Source: Takakia lepidozioides
Taxonomy: Eukaryota > Plantae > Bryophyta
Direction: 5' to 3'
Assembly: GCA_030704615.1 (NCBI GenBank)
Contig: CM060731.1
Coordinates: 80,600,001 to 80,664,000 of the forward strand
Length of the DNA stretch: 64,000 nucleotides
Below, piece by piece: positions 13,171-23,106 of this stretch (the stretch's first letter is position 1; the number at the start of each line of letters is the position of its first letter). Below the pieces are notes generated by a model. The model ran no database searches and was not told the origin of the DNA. It saw only the letters and a list, made by a program, of their open reading frames with translations. The translations under genes were made by a program, and so were the position numbers.

Positions 13171-13949
13171 AAATGTTCACAGCCGAAACGGGGTGGGGCT
13201 CGTAAGAAAGAAGAAACCCGCATCGGTATACATCTTCAGCAAAAAAAATTGCGAGCTTGGACATCAAGACGGGGCTGCAAGATGCATGATATGAAATGCA
13301 TCAATACTCAATTCACAAACGCGAGGTTTCATTAGATATAGTACTTTTAATTGAGAAGTACGTGAGAAGATATGATGACGACTTACCTTTGCTGCATCAC
13401 TAGCAATCTCGTACTTAGCGTAATGTTTTTGCACAACATGGGGTCGCCGCATCATTGGTGTGGTCCTCCCAACCGGTAGTCATGCCCAACACCAACTGCA
13501 CCAACACTCAATCTTGGGGAGGCGGTCCCGGCAGGGTCTCCCCGGAGCTCGTGCCTCTGGACTCGGCAGCCTACAACCTCGGGGTGGTGGCCGTGGGGGC
13601 AAAGCTGTGCGGACATGGCGATGCCGTCTGACTCGTAGACGAGGCGAATGTGCTGTCTCGCCCTCAGCAAGTGGTTGTGGCACAGCCAGCAACGAATCCT
13701 CAAGCGTGAAAAATAAAAAATGAGAGGCCTTTTCAAATCACCTCTGCGCCAGATCTGCGTCTCCACTGCACCTGCCGTGCGACGTTCCCCTGAGGCAGCG
13801 ACGCCCATGCGATTCCCCAACATCGCAGCGGATCCTCCTCCTGCCAAGGTGGCCGCCCTTCTCTCCCCTTCTCTCTCCCCTTCGCGAAGGCGCCTGATTG
13901 TCGCCGAGGTTTTCTGATGGGGTCGCAACACTGGCGCATCGTGGCTGCA

Positions 13950-14485
13950 CCGACCGCCTCTCACTCCCCCTCTCAATCTCTCTATCTGATCTCTCTCTCC
14001 CTCACCCTCCTCCTCTCACTCTTCCTCCCTCCCCCCCTCCATCCCTACTTTGTTTTTTTTGCTCTCGAGCTCTCCCGGGCGCAACTACCCCCCGCGCCGG
14101 AGCGATTTCCGGCGGCGGTGACGCAGCACTGACGCACAACGGCGTTCAAACCCACATGCGCCATCTCTCTCACTCTCCTCTCGCCCTATTCCCTCTCCCT
14201 CATTCTCTCTCTCCCTCATTCTCTCTCTCCCTCTTCTATCTTTTTTTTTTTTTTTTTTTTTTTTTTTGGGGTTGTTTGAGCGAGCTGGGAGGGCGCCCCC
14301 GCGACCCGCTGGTGGAGCGCCAGCCGAATGCCAGTGCCGCGGGAGGGACCGCCAGCGTGAAGGAGCTGCCGCGTGAGGGAGCTGCCCTCCCTCTCCTTCT
14401 CTCTCTCTCTCATTCTCCCTCTTAGCTCTCACTCTCCCTCTCGCCCTTATCTCTCTCCCTCATTCTCTCCCTCGCTCTTTATCTT

Positions 14486-14516
<31 letters not shown>

Positions 14517-15390
14517 GAGCGAGGGAGCGCGCCCACGTGACCTGGTGGCGGAGCGCCAGCGTGAAGGAGCTGCTGCGTGAGGCGCCCAACTGCAGGTAAG
14601 CAGCCATGCATTTTTTATCTTCATAGTGAGAGATTTCAGTGAGAGTTTGGGTTCCACGGAGTAGACAGTGGAATCCCCACGGATCTCATAGTATATAGGA
14701 CAATAGAAGAAGTGTTCTTCAGTTTCAATTTCATGGAGAGAGAGAGAGAGAAAAAAATAAAAATAAAAATAAATTCCCCTTTTTTTTTGGGACCTGCACA
14801 AAGGTGAACGAGAGAGAGGGAGAACAAGGGAGAGAGAGGGAGAGGGACAGACGGGAGAGAGGGAGAGACAGGGATAGAGGGGGCCAAGAAAATTAAAAAA
14901 GAAGGTGGGGGGGGGTGAGCAACAACAGCTCAGCCCCTCTCTGGTTCTTTTTTCTTTTGTGAGTTTTCTTCCGAGGGACAAGGACAGATGGAGGAGAGAG
15001 GCGGAGAAATGAGGAAAAATAAATAAATAAATAAAAATGTGTTGGGGGAGTGACTGAGCAGCAGCTGCTCAGTCACTCCCCCTCCCCTCCTTCCTTTTTA
15101 AATTTATTTCCCTCAACACTCCCTCTCTCTCCACATCCTGATGGGACAGAGGGAGAGAGAGGGAGAGATGAGGGAAAATAAATAAAAAAGAAGGCAAGGG
15201 GGGGAGTGACTGAGGAGCTGCTGCTCAGTCACTCCCCCCCCCCCCCCCCCACCTTCTTTTTTAGTTTTTTTTTCCCTCCTCACTCCCTCTTTCTCCCTCT
15301 CTCTCCACATCTTCATGGGACAGAGAGAGATGAGGGAAAAGAGGGAGAGAGAGGGAGTGAGGGAGAGATAGAGAGATAGAGAAGATACTC
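13950..15390. repeat. Low-complexity (CT/GA)n, poly-T/A and duplicated GC-rich blocks
   Basis: Long CT/GA tracts and T runs; duplicated GAGCGAG...GCCAGCGTGAAGGAGCTG blocks; repeated GGGGAGTGACTGAG..GCTGCTCAGTCACTCCCC hairpins near 15045 and 15200. Confidence 0.7.
14590..14735 (-). mobile_element. Small LINE ORF2 C-terminal (zinc-finger) remnant
   Basis: EIETEEHFFYCPIYYEIR resembles the ExExHFxxxCPxYxxIR motif of LINE ORF2 C-termini. Confidence 0.5.
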
Positions 15391-15642
15391 AGGGCATGTC
15401 AAGACATGGACAAGACCCACTAGGGTCATTGTCAATTAAACACATAAACAGCCCATAAACAGGGCACCATCTAACACTTCCATTCTTGTCATGACTTCCC
15501 AATTGATTTCACCCAATCATTCATGATAAAACAGGGTGGGAGGGCGGGGTTTGTTTATGTATAGGTCATGACAACAAGACAAGCATATAAGCAAGCATCT
15601 TGTGTATTGAAAAATCAGATTGCTACAGCATGTTCAAATTTA

Positions 15643-16330
15643 TAAGTAACCCAAGACATGCACCATGCAAGGCTCCTTGGGTAGGTAAGAACAGCCTCCC
15701 CTGCTACAGATTCAAGGTATGTTCATACAAGCATCTTGAAGGATCAGCCTGCAATTTACCTGATTTCAAACATGCAACCAAGTAATCTTCTTGGGCATGA
15801 CAAAACATCTTGCAACTTCACTCTTTGCCATTTGTAAGTACCCCACGACATGCATCATGCAAGGTTCCTTGGGTAGGTAAGAACAGCCCGTTCTACTACA
15901 GATTCAGGATATGTTCATACAAGTACCTTGAAGGACCAGCCTGCAATTAATCAGATTTCAAGCATGCAACCAAGTAAACTTCTTGGGCAAGACAAACCAT
16001 ATTGCAGCTTCACACTTGGCCAATTGTAAGTACCCCAAGACATGCATTATGCAAGGCCTCTTGGGTAAATAAAAACAGCCTACCATTGTATAGATTCAAG
16101 ACCTGTGTACACAAACATCTTGATGGACCAGCTTGCAGTTTATCAGACTCCAAACATGCAACCGAGTGACCCACTTGGGCATGACAAAACAGACTGCAAC
16201 TTCATTCTACACCATGTACAGTTGCCCCAAGATATACATCATGTAAGGCATTTTGGCATGGAAGAACGGCCTGCCATGTCACAGCATCAAGATATGGACA
16301 CACATACATTTTGAGTGCCCGAGATCAAGC
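15643..16330. repeat. Tandem repeat, 192-bp unit, ~3.5 copies
   Basis: TAAGTA.CCCAAGACATGCA.CATGCAAGG...TTGGGTA at 15643, 15835 and 16027, with a degenerate copy at ~16217. Confidence 0.85.
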
Positions 16331-18239
16331 CCACTTGGCCAAAATAAATCATACAATGCAGGTGGCTGTTCTGATGGCAAAATGAGGCAACTAATCACTG
16401 GCCAAGGTCCATTAGAGCTTGCCACCACTGTTTCCCAGGAGGCTAATGCCATGTTTGGCAAATAGAACCTCACTATACTCCATTCCACATCAAATCCAGG
16501 CTTGAAATAGGCCTGTCATTGCCTTGTCAGGCTACCATCTTTAAAAAAACAGGGTCTCCTCTTCCTTAGAACCTAACAGCCACTGATGCATTTACCCTTA
16601 AACCATCATTCCTCTTTTAAGGCCAAAACTGTACCTAGTCTAAAAATCCACAAGCAATGCTGTCAAAGATTCAAGACATGGTACAGTCCAAATGTTGTAC
16701 TTCAAGAGACAGGCCTGCCAGGCCGAAATGCTCCATCAATGGCAGCAAAATATAAGTCAAAAGTAAGCATCAACATGTCAAACCGGGAGCAAGTGGGCCG
16801 AAATCGGGGTTGCAGGCAGCAGCCAAGTCATGACGCCATACAGAGTATGTTCCTTTTGCTCATATCCTTATCTGCAAGCTCAAGAGAATTCAAAGCAAGT
16901 AGGGACCCTCGTCCCATCACAAGCCCCCACAAAAACCAACAGGTTAGTGAGGATTGTGGAACCCCAAGTGAATCACAAACCCCTACACTTGTCATCGATG
17001 TCAACTAAGAACCTCAAAAGCAAGAGAGAAAGACATAAAGTAAAAGGAACCCTAATCACCAAAAGCACCTTGAGCGATTTGGGGAAGGTAACTGTGCGCC
17101 ATCGCCACCAGCAAGCCACCTCCAGCACAGCTAAAGAGAAGTGAAGCATACAAGCATCCTTGCTAGGTTTAAGAAGGGAGAGAGAGATACTTCCCCACAC
17201 AAGCGCCGCTGCGAAACATAAAAGCCAGAGGAGGGAAAGAGACGATGCATTCACAGCAGGGTCTCCCGCCTGTGAGAAGAGACAAGACGCCGCCATTGCG
17301 CATCCCCATGAGTTCGTCCAGCATGGGCACGAAGGAGCAGACAGGGTAGCAGTAGAGCTCAGACGCCATAACTCTCAACCCGCGAGCTGAGAAGCACGAG
17401 GAGTGCTGCTGACGGTGGGAGAGACACCCTAGGGCTGTGCCCGTTTTTTCATCCGTGCAAGATGAGTAATCAACACCCCTTATTTCGAAACCCGACGGAT
17501 GTCATCCGTTATCTAGGTTTAAACAGTAGGTTATAGGGTAGGGGTTAGGGTTTCACTCCTTAATTAGCCATAATTAAGGGTAATTAAACAAAGGTCCAGG
17601 GCCATCATAGGTTGCATATTTCATCCGGTTCAAATGAAAAAGTTAATAAGTTCATCTAGTTGGAGAAGGTCCGTCAGTAGGATGGAAAAACGGTACATAT
17701 CATCCAAGGCAACGGTTTCTCATCCTAACAGGTAATTCATCATCCCGTAAGAAAATACTTATCCAGTACGGAAAAAAAGCCATGAAAGAGGAATAAACGA
17801 ATTAATATCCTGGTATTTTTCATCCGGTATGGATGGAAAAAATTATATATAGGATGCCAGTGTCAACCCCTACAGAGGTAATTCCTCATTCTCTGGTGAC
17901 TCATCCGGTATGGGTGAAAGCCAATAAAAGAAGAATGAAAAAATCATAGACTCAGCTTAGAGGTAATTTAGTGTCCACCATGTCATAATCCATCCGGTAT
18001 AGATGGAAAAACAGGAAATTAACACTGATAAAACCAGCCAATTCCAAGGAGGGAGGGAGAGAGAGGGAGAGAGAGAGACTGTTGAGGGGGGGGGGGAAAC
18101 TAAAAAAAATGTGGGGGGGCAGCTGCTCCTTCACATTTTTTTCTTTTCTTTTGCCTTTCATTTTGTTTCTGGTTTGTTTTTAATTTTGTGGGTTTTGTGT
18201 TTAGGAGCTTGGCGCATTCGTGGCTAAGTTTGTGGCAGG

Positions 18240-19569
18240 CAGTGGGATTGCCACCGACAAAGCAGGGGCAGTGGTGGTGCCTACCCGTGGGGATGGTAAG
18301 AGGAAGAGGAAAAGACGTCGTGTCCCCGAGGTTCTCCTAATCATCAAGGAGGGTAGGGAAGTAGTGGAAGGGAAGGGGAAAGGACAGGCCTAGGAGAGGG
18401 AGCGTAAGAAAAAGAGGCGTAGAAGGAGAGAGGTGCAGCCGGGGGAGGGCACTAGTGGGGGAACAAAAGACAAGGGGGAGCTAATTCAGATGAGCGTGCA
18501 GCCGGTGGAGGGCACTAGCGGGGCAACAAAAGACAAAGGAGAGGTAGTTCAGAAGAGCGTGGACGAGGTAAAGACCTCGGGTCCCCGCAACCTTGATTTG
18601 CCAAAGATGAAGGTGCCCCCCTTAGAGACTAATAAGGTCGGTGACCCCATTGGTGAGTATTGGGAGGCCTTGAAAAAAATAGCCTTTGACTTGGCGGCGA
18701 GGTGGTTCCCTTGGCATATTGATTGGCCACGCCAATCACATCGCCATAGGCGAGCATTCGTGCAAGCACTTGAGGGCACATTTCCGAGTGAGTGGAATGA
18801 GGGGAAGCTCTTGGAGCTGGTGGGAAAGAACTCAAGGACAAGAGGTACCGTGCGTGACAAACCATTCGCAAGGCACTCAAAGCGGGGGTCGAACCAACGA
18901 CCATGCCACATGAATAACCAAGGTAAGACGCACTTCACTTGTCATTGGCGTCTTTGAATGCATATTCATTGCGGTATGGAGTTCATTAACATTTATAATG
19001 TCTTTGTTGGGGCTGGACATGAATCTTCGGAGGCTCTCATCGCAGGGGAGAGGGAAGAGCTGAAGGCGGAGATCTTTGCAAGGGGACGTAAGGCAACTGC
19101 AGCCCGCCTCGAGAAGTGTGCGGAATCAACACACAAGTGGGGCCCCGACGGAAGCAAGAGTTTTGTCACCCGATTCGTAAGTGTTCTTTCTCTTGTCATA
19201 CCCATTCTTCTTTTTTAGCTTCTCCCTTCCATTATGAATTCTGACCTGTCATTGCATTTGTATGTCATGTGCAGAAAAAGAAGTTTCAGATGCCTCCCTC
19301 CGCCATCGAGCACAACTTTTGCAAGACTCAGGGGTGGAAGGCCCTTGTAGCCTCAATGGCCAAGACCACAATTGACGGAGGATAGTGCATTTGTAGGGGT
19401 GGGGATGGGTAGTTCAGTGGCTCGGCCGGTTGGGGGAGAGCCAGTAGTAGGGGGTGGTTTGAAGGATGATGTAATCTCGGACTCGGCCTCATCATCCTCC
19501 AAATTGGAGGCCCAACGTAGCTTGCATTCCTCGGACGAGTACACCTATGACTCAGGTGATGAGGAGTGA
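18240..19569 (+). pseudogene. Putative CACTA accessory (TnpA/Transposase_24-like) gene, spliced and degenerate
   Basis: Basic NLS-like start; ...AARWFPWHIDWPRQ...LEGTFPSEW...; ...ARLEKCAESTHKWGPDGSKSF; GT-AG borders at ~18922, 19177 and 19274; located just inside CACTA subterminal repeats. The family call is tentative. Confidence 0.4.
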
Positions 19570-19953
19570 GGGATGGTTCCCAGTTAGAGACATGTACAGG
19601 TAGTACTCGCTTTATGTATATATTTTTTCAGTTGTCATTTTGATCTTCATTCTAACCTTAATAGACATGTGGATTTGGTGTATCAACCTATAGATTAGAA
19701 TGCATGCAATTCTTGCAAGCCGAGGCACACCCCACACCCCACACCCCACACCCCACCCCCAAACGAAAAAAAAAAACCCAAACCCCACCCCAAATACTAG
19801 CTGGCTACCCTCCCACCCACCCACCCAGCGACGCTCTTGCGATTTCTAGGAGTCACAACAGAACCACGCCATCGCTAGCGACGCCGCCCAGGGGCTGCGA
19901 CATTAATGCGACTCCAGGGAGTCGCATAGGAACGCGCCCTCCCATGGAGCTAG

Positions 19954-20795
19954 CACTACAACAGATCGCGGTAGTTATGACTGCCAAACCGTGGCAGTTT
20001 GACCATGACTGCACCATGTTTTTATATGAAATTGACCTCCCGCAGTCGTTCATACGACTGTAGTCATATGAACGACTATCTAAATAGTCGTCTGTATGAC
20101 TACATGGCTCCGGAATGGGCGGAAGGCTGGTCAACGACAATTGACCAGATTTAGCTTACCATTCATAGTCATTTCCATGACTACAGTGTACATGGATGAG
20201 GTTACATAGTCATAATGACTATTGGGCATTTTGTAATTTGGTGTGTATAATACAATTAAAACACCATATAATCATATGAATGACTTATGGGTGTATTGCT
20301 TAACAGGTAGTGAACTATAACTCTTATAATAAAGAGGTTGCAGGTTCAAACTCCTCTAAGTACAATCAAATGGATAAGATGGCCCTAGGGTTAGTAGGCG
20401 AGCTATGGATAGCAAGTTGTACCCTAGATGGACTGCCACGTGGTTTTTTTATTTTTATTTTTATTATAAAATACATTATGCCACGTGGCACAATGCGGTG
20501 CGACGCGGCGTTTGACATATGTTTTTAGTTTTTTAGTTTTTTTAATTTAATTTAATTTTTAAATCAATTGCGCCTCACCATGTGGCGCGGCAGCGGCGGC
20601 TGCAGTATGGTATATGTGACTGCAGTGAGAGATATCACTTGGTTCATATGACTGTAGTCATCCGGACCGTACCATCATATACTCATTGTATTGACTTGGT
20701 TTGCACGACTTACAGTCATAGAAGTCATATGTACCGTTTATGACTGCAGAATAGTCATATATACAGTCATAAAAATACCGCGATCTGTTGTAGTG
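19954..20795. mobile_element. Complete non-autonomous CACTA element (842 bp) nested in the subterminal region of the larger CACTA
   Basis: Perfect 20-bp TIRs CACTACAACAGATCGCGGTA / TACCGCGATCTGTTGTAGTG; 3-bp TSD TAG (19951-19953 and 20796-20798); ATGACT/AGTCAT subterminal repeats. Confidence 0.95.
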
Positions 20796-21539
20796 TAGCG
20801 ATGGCCCCTGAGGGCTGCAACGTCTGTGCGATTCCCGGGCATCGCCAGAGAACCTCCCTACCCATGGGGGTCTAGCGACGCCCCCAGATGGCAGTGACAT
20901 CATGGCGATTCCTGGGCGTCGCCAGTCCCCTAGGCAGAATAGACCCCATCTGCGATGTCCAGGCATCGCAAAGCGGGGGCTTTGATGTCCCAGGGTGCAA
21001 CGTGCTGGCGATGCCGGCGTGTGGTTATTTCTGGGGATGAGCGACGTCCTTACGACTGCCCCATAACGCAGGGAGATGGATGGACTCCCCTCCTTGCCCT
21101 TTGTTGCGACTCCCGGGAGTCACCATATTGCGACGCCCCAGAGGGGCGGCGACATTCCGCCGTCGCTGATCGTGGCCAGGGGGACCCGAGGGATTAGCGA
21201 TTCCCCTATGTCGCTATTTTGCAACGTTCCGGGAGCGACGTCGGACCAACAAGGATGCGACTTTCCGACGTCGCAATTTGTCTCTGGCGCGCCCCGGACG
21301 CTGTAGTGTATTTCCGTCGCTAGGCGCGGCGTTTGGAAGTCGCTGAGGCATCGCTAACCCCCCCCCCCCCCCCCAAAATGTTAGTAGTGGGCCGAGGAGG
21401 TGAGGCCAAGTGTCGCGGACTTGGTGGATGGTTGAACATAATGGGCAGTATGGGGATGAGAACAGATGCGGCCAAAAGATGTGTTTGTGCTGGTGGCCCA
21501 TGTATTGAGCGTATCTGAATTTGTGTGTTTGTCAGATTT

Positions 21540-22295
21540 GTGCGTCAGTGGTAGCTTTGGTTAGCCAGAAGTGACTTTCGAACAAACGATTATCGCATGC
21601 AATGACTTGGATAGTGAATTCACTCAGTGTGCTCACGTTTGACATTGTCAGCAACAAATATTTTACATCCTCTTTTAGCCCACATTGAAACTGACTAATG
21701 AGGCTCTTCTCATTCCAATCGAGGTCGCACGCAAGTTGTCGAAATTCGGCAGTATAAACGAAGCAAGACGTGTTTCTTGTCAAAGATTTTGCATCTTTGT
21801 TTCTGCAACTCTTTTTCTATCATTCTCTCCAAACGTTGCAGTGAACTCGGACATGAACGCTTCAAAATTGTATAGTAAATGCGAATTATTTTTTAATAGC
21901 GGTGCAAATCAAGATAAGGTAGTGCCTGATAGAAAGGTGCCCACAAATCTCACTTGAATACCTTCATCGGGGTAACGTTGTGGATGTAGTCGTACTTGTT
22001 GAACAAAACCGTGAAATGTCCCATCAAATTTCTTGGGCATGCTGATCTTTGGTTCTCTCGTAATCTGTTGAAGAGGAACCGTTGCAGTAGGAGCTGTTGT
22101 AGTAGGGACTCGTATGGTTGAAGATCCATTGTTCGACTCCTTTAACTCTGAAATTTGTTGTTGCAAATTGTGGAGAGCGTTGCCAAGATCTTGAGACTGA
22201 TCAGCTTGTAAATGGGGGGTAGAAGTACGAAGTTCTTGCATCTGGAGCTGAAGACTCTGCAATGTGGCGACCATTTCCGCAAATGTGCCTTCCAT
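21540..22295 (-). pseudogene. Ty3/gypsy (chromovirus, Tcn1/Tf1-sushi-like) gag, truncated
   Basis: EPKISMPKKFDG...QRYPDE..QVRFVGTFLSG..LS(W)FAPLL...YTAEFRQLACDLDWNEKSLISQFQCGLKEDVK is a retrotransposon Gag with a major-homology region; it carries stops and frameshifts. Confidence 0.85.
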
Positions 22296-22333
22296 CTTAA
22301 GTAACTAAAGAACAAACTTTAGTCTCGTCAAAT

Positions 22334-22890
22334 TGTCAAGGACGAGAACATGATGGAATACAAACAAGATATCAGACTAGAGGTACAAGACTAGACAAGA
22401 AGTTAAGGTCGGCGTGGCCGAATGCATGATGGGTAAACATTAATCAAGATGATCTTATAACAATGGACAATAGTACAAGATACTGGAACTCGACTCGAAT
22501 ACTGGAATGCTGGAAACTGGACTGGGGTACCAGATACTGGAAACTGGCCTAGAGTACTGGAAGCTAGATTGGAGTATTGGGACTGGGAACAAGAGTAGCT
22601 TGAACTTGTGTTGGCGAGACTGAAGAGTGTCCAGTCTCGCCTCCTACATATAGTGGCTACTAGGAAGTTCCCTAAGAAGCTTCCCCAATGGAGATTTCTT
22701 GATGGAGAAGTTTCTTCCAAAGGAAGCTTCCTGAGAAGTTTCCCAAGTTACTTCGGTAATTTGGTAAACTCCCGGTAACTTGATAACTAATTGTAACTTA
22801 TGATAAATCATGGTAATTTTTTATAACATGATAACTTTGTAACTTCTGGTATTTACTCCTGGTAAGTTTATCTGGGCTATGTCAGTGACA
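22334..22890 (-). mobile_element. 5' LTR (557 bp) of the gypsy element above
   Basis: On the minus strand it begins TGTCA at 22890 and ends TGACA at 22334, about 40 bp before the gag ATG. A TATA-like element lies at ~22650. Confidence 0.8.
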
Positions 22891-23106
22891 GCGGCTACCT
22901 TGGATAACTCCTCATTTGGTAACTTGAACTTTGTAAGAGTTGTTGGCAAATGTAGGTGTTCGCCATACATTAAAAAGAAAAGAGTTTCTTTCGTTGACGT
23001 GTTGACCGAGTTATTTTATGAAAATTCTACCAATGGTAATAACCAATCTCATTCTTCTTGTTCTTCTAACGTAAAGGCTCGCAATATGTCTTCAATTGTA
23101 TGATTC
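22891..23106 (-). pseudogene. Ty3/gypsy integrase C-terminal core fragment, interrupted by the LTR above
   Basis: NHTIEDILRAF...*DWLLPLVEFS*NNSVNTSTKETLFFLMYGEHLHLP corresponds to the consensus NRTxEDxLR..WD.LLPLVEFAYNNS....TPFFL.YG. Confidence 0.8.

Larger units (their letters stand above)
10330..13700 (-). pseudogene. CACTA TnpD/Transposase_21-type transposase, spliced, internally deleted and frameshifted
   Basis: Exon ~13700-13387 has a transposase-associated-like CxCxxC...H motif (IECWCSWC...HVVQKH). The exon from 11733 reads ...EAKTPLYEG...YKIFHACPCDKTLYYKE..LTKCPKCNKDRY..KKAPRK. The 10780-10330 segment reads ...PTGYGSSL..GLKSHDYHNLLQDILPIAVRGTL...LFRWICSK. The catalytic core appears to be missing. 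Confidence 0.85.
7870..21389. mobile_element. Large, rearranged CACTA (En/Spm) element or complex; boundaries approximate
   Basis: TnpD-type transposase fragments at 9.1-13.7 kb; GCGAC/GTCGC subterminal-type repeats at 7.9-8.2, 8.75-8.85, 13.8-13.9 and 19.8-21.35 kb; right termini ...GTAGTG at 21308 and 21389; candidate left CACTAC at 8701. The TIRs do not match beyond CACTAC. Confidence 0.6.

Noticed and set aside
13452-15316. Many overlapping ORFs of 65-175 aa
   Set aside because: They arise from GC-rich and CT/GA low-complexity sequence; no domain is evident apart from the transposase exon and LINE remnant noted.
15643-16330. 192-bp (64-codon) tandem unit as a repeat-protein gene
   Set aside because: No reading frame stays open across the units and no repeat-protein motif is recognisable.
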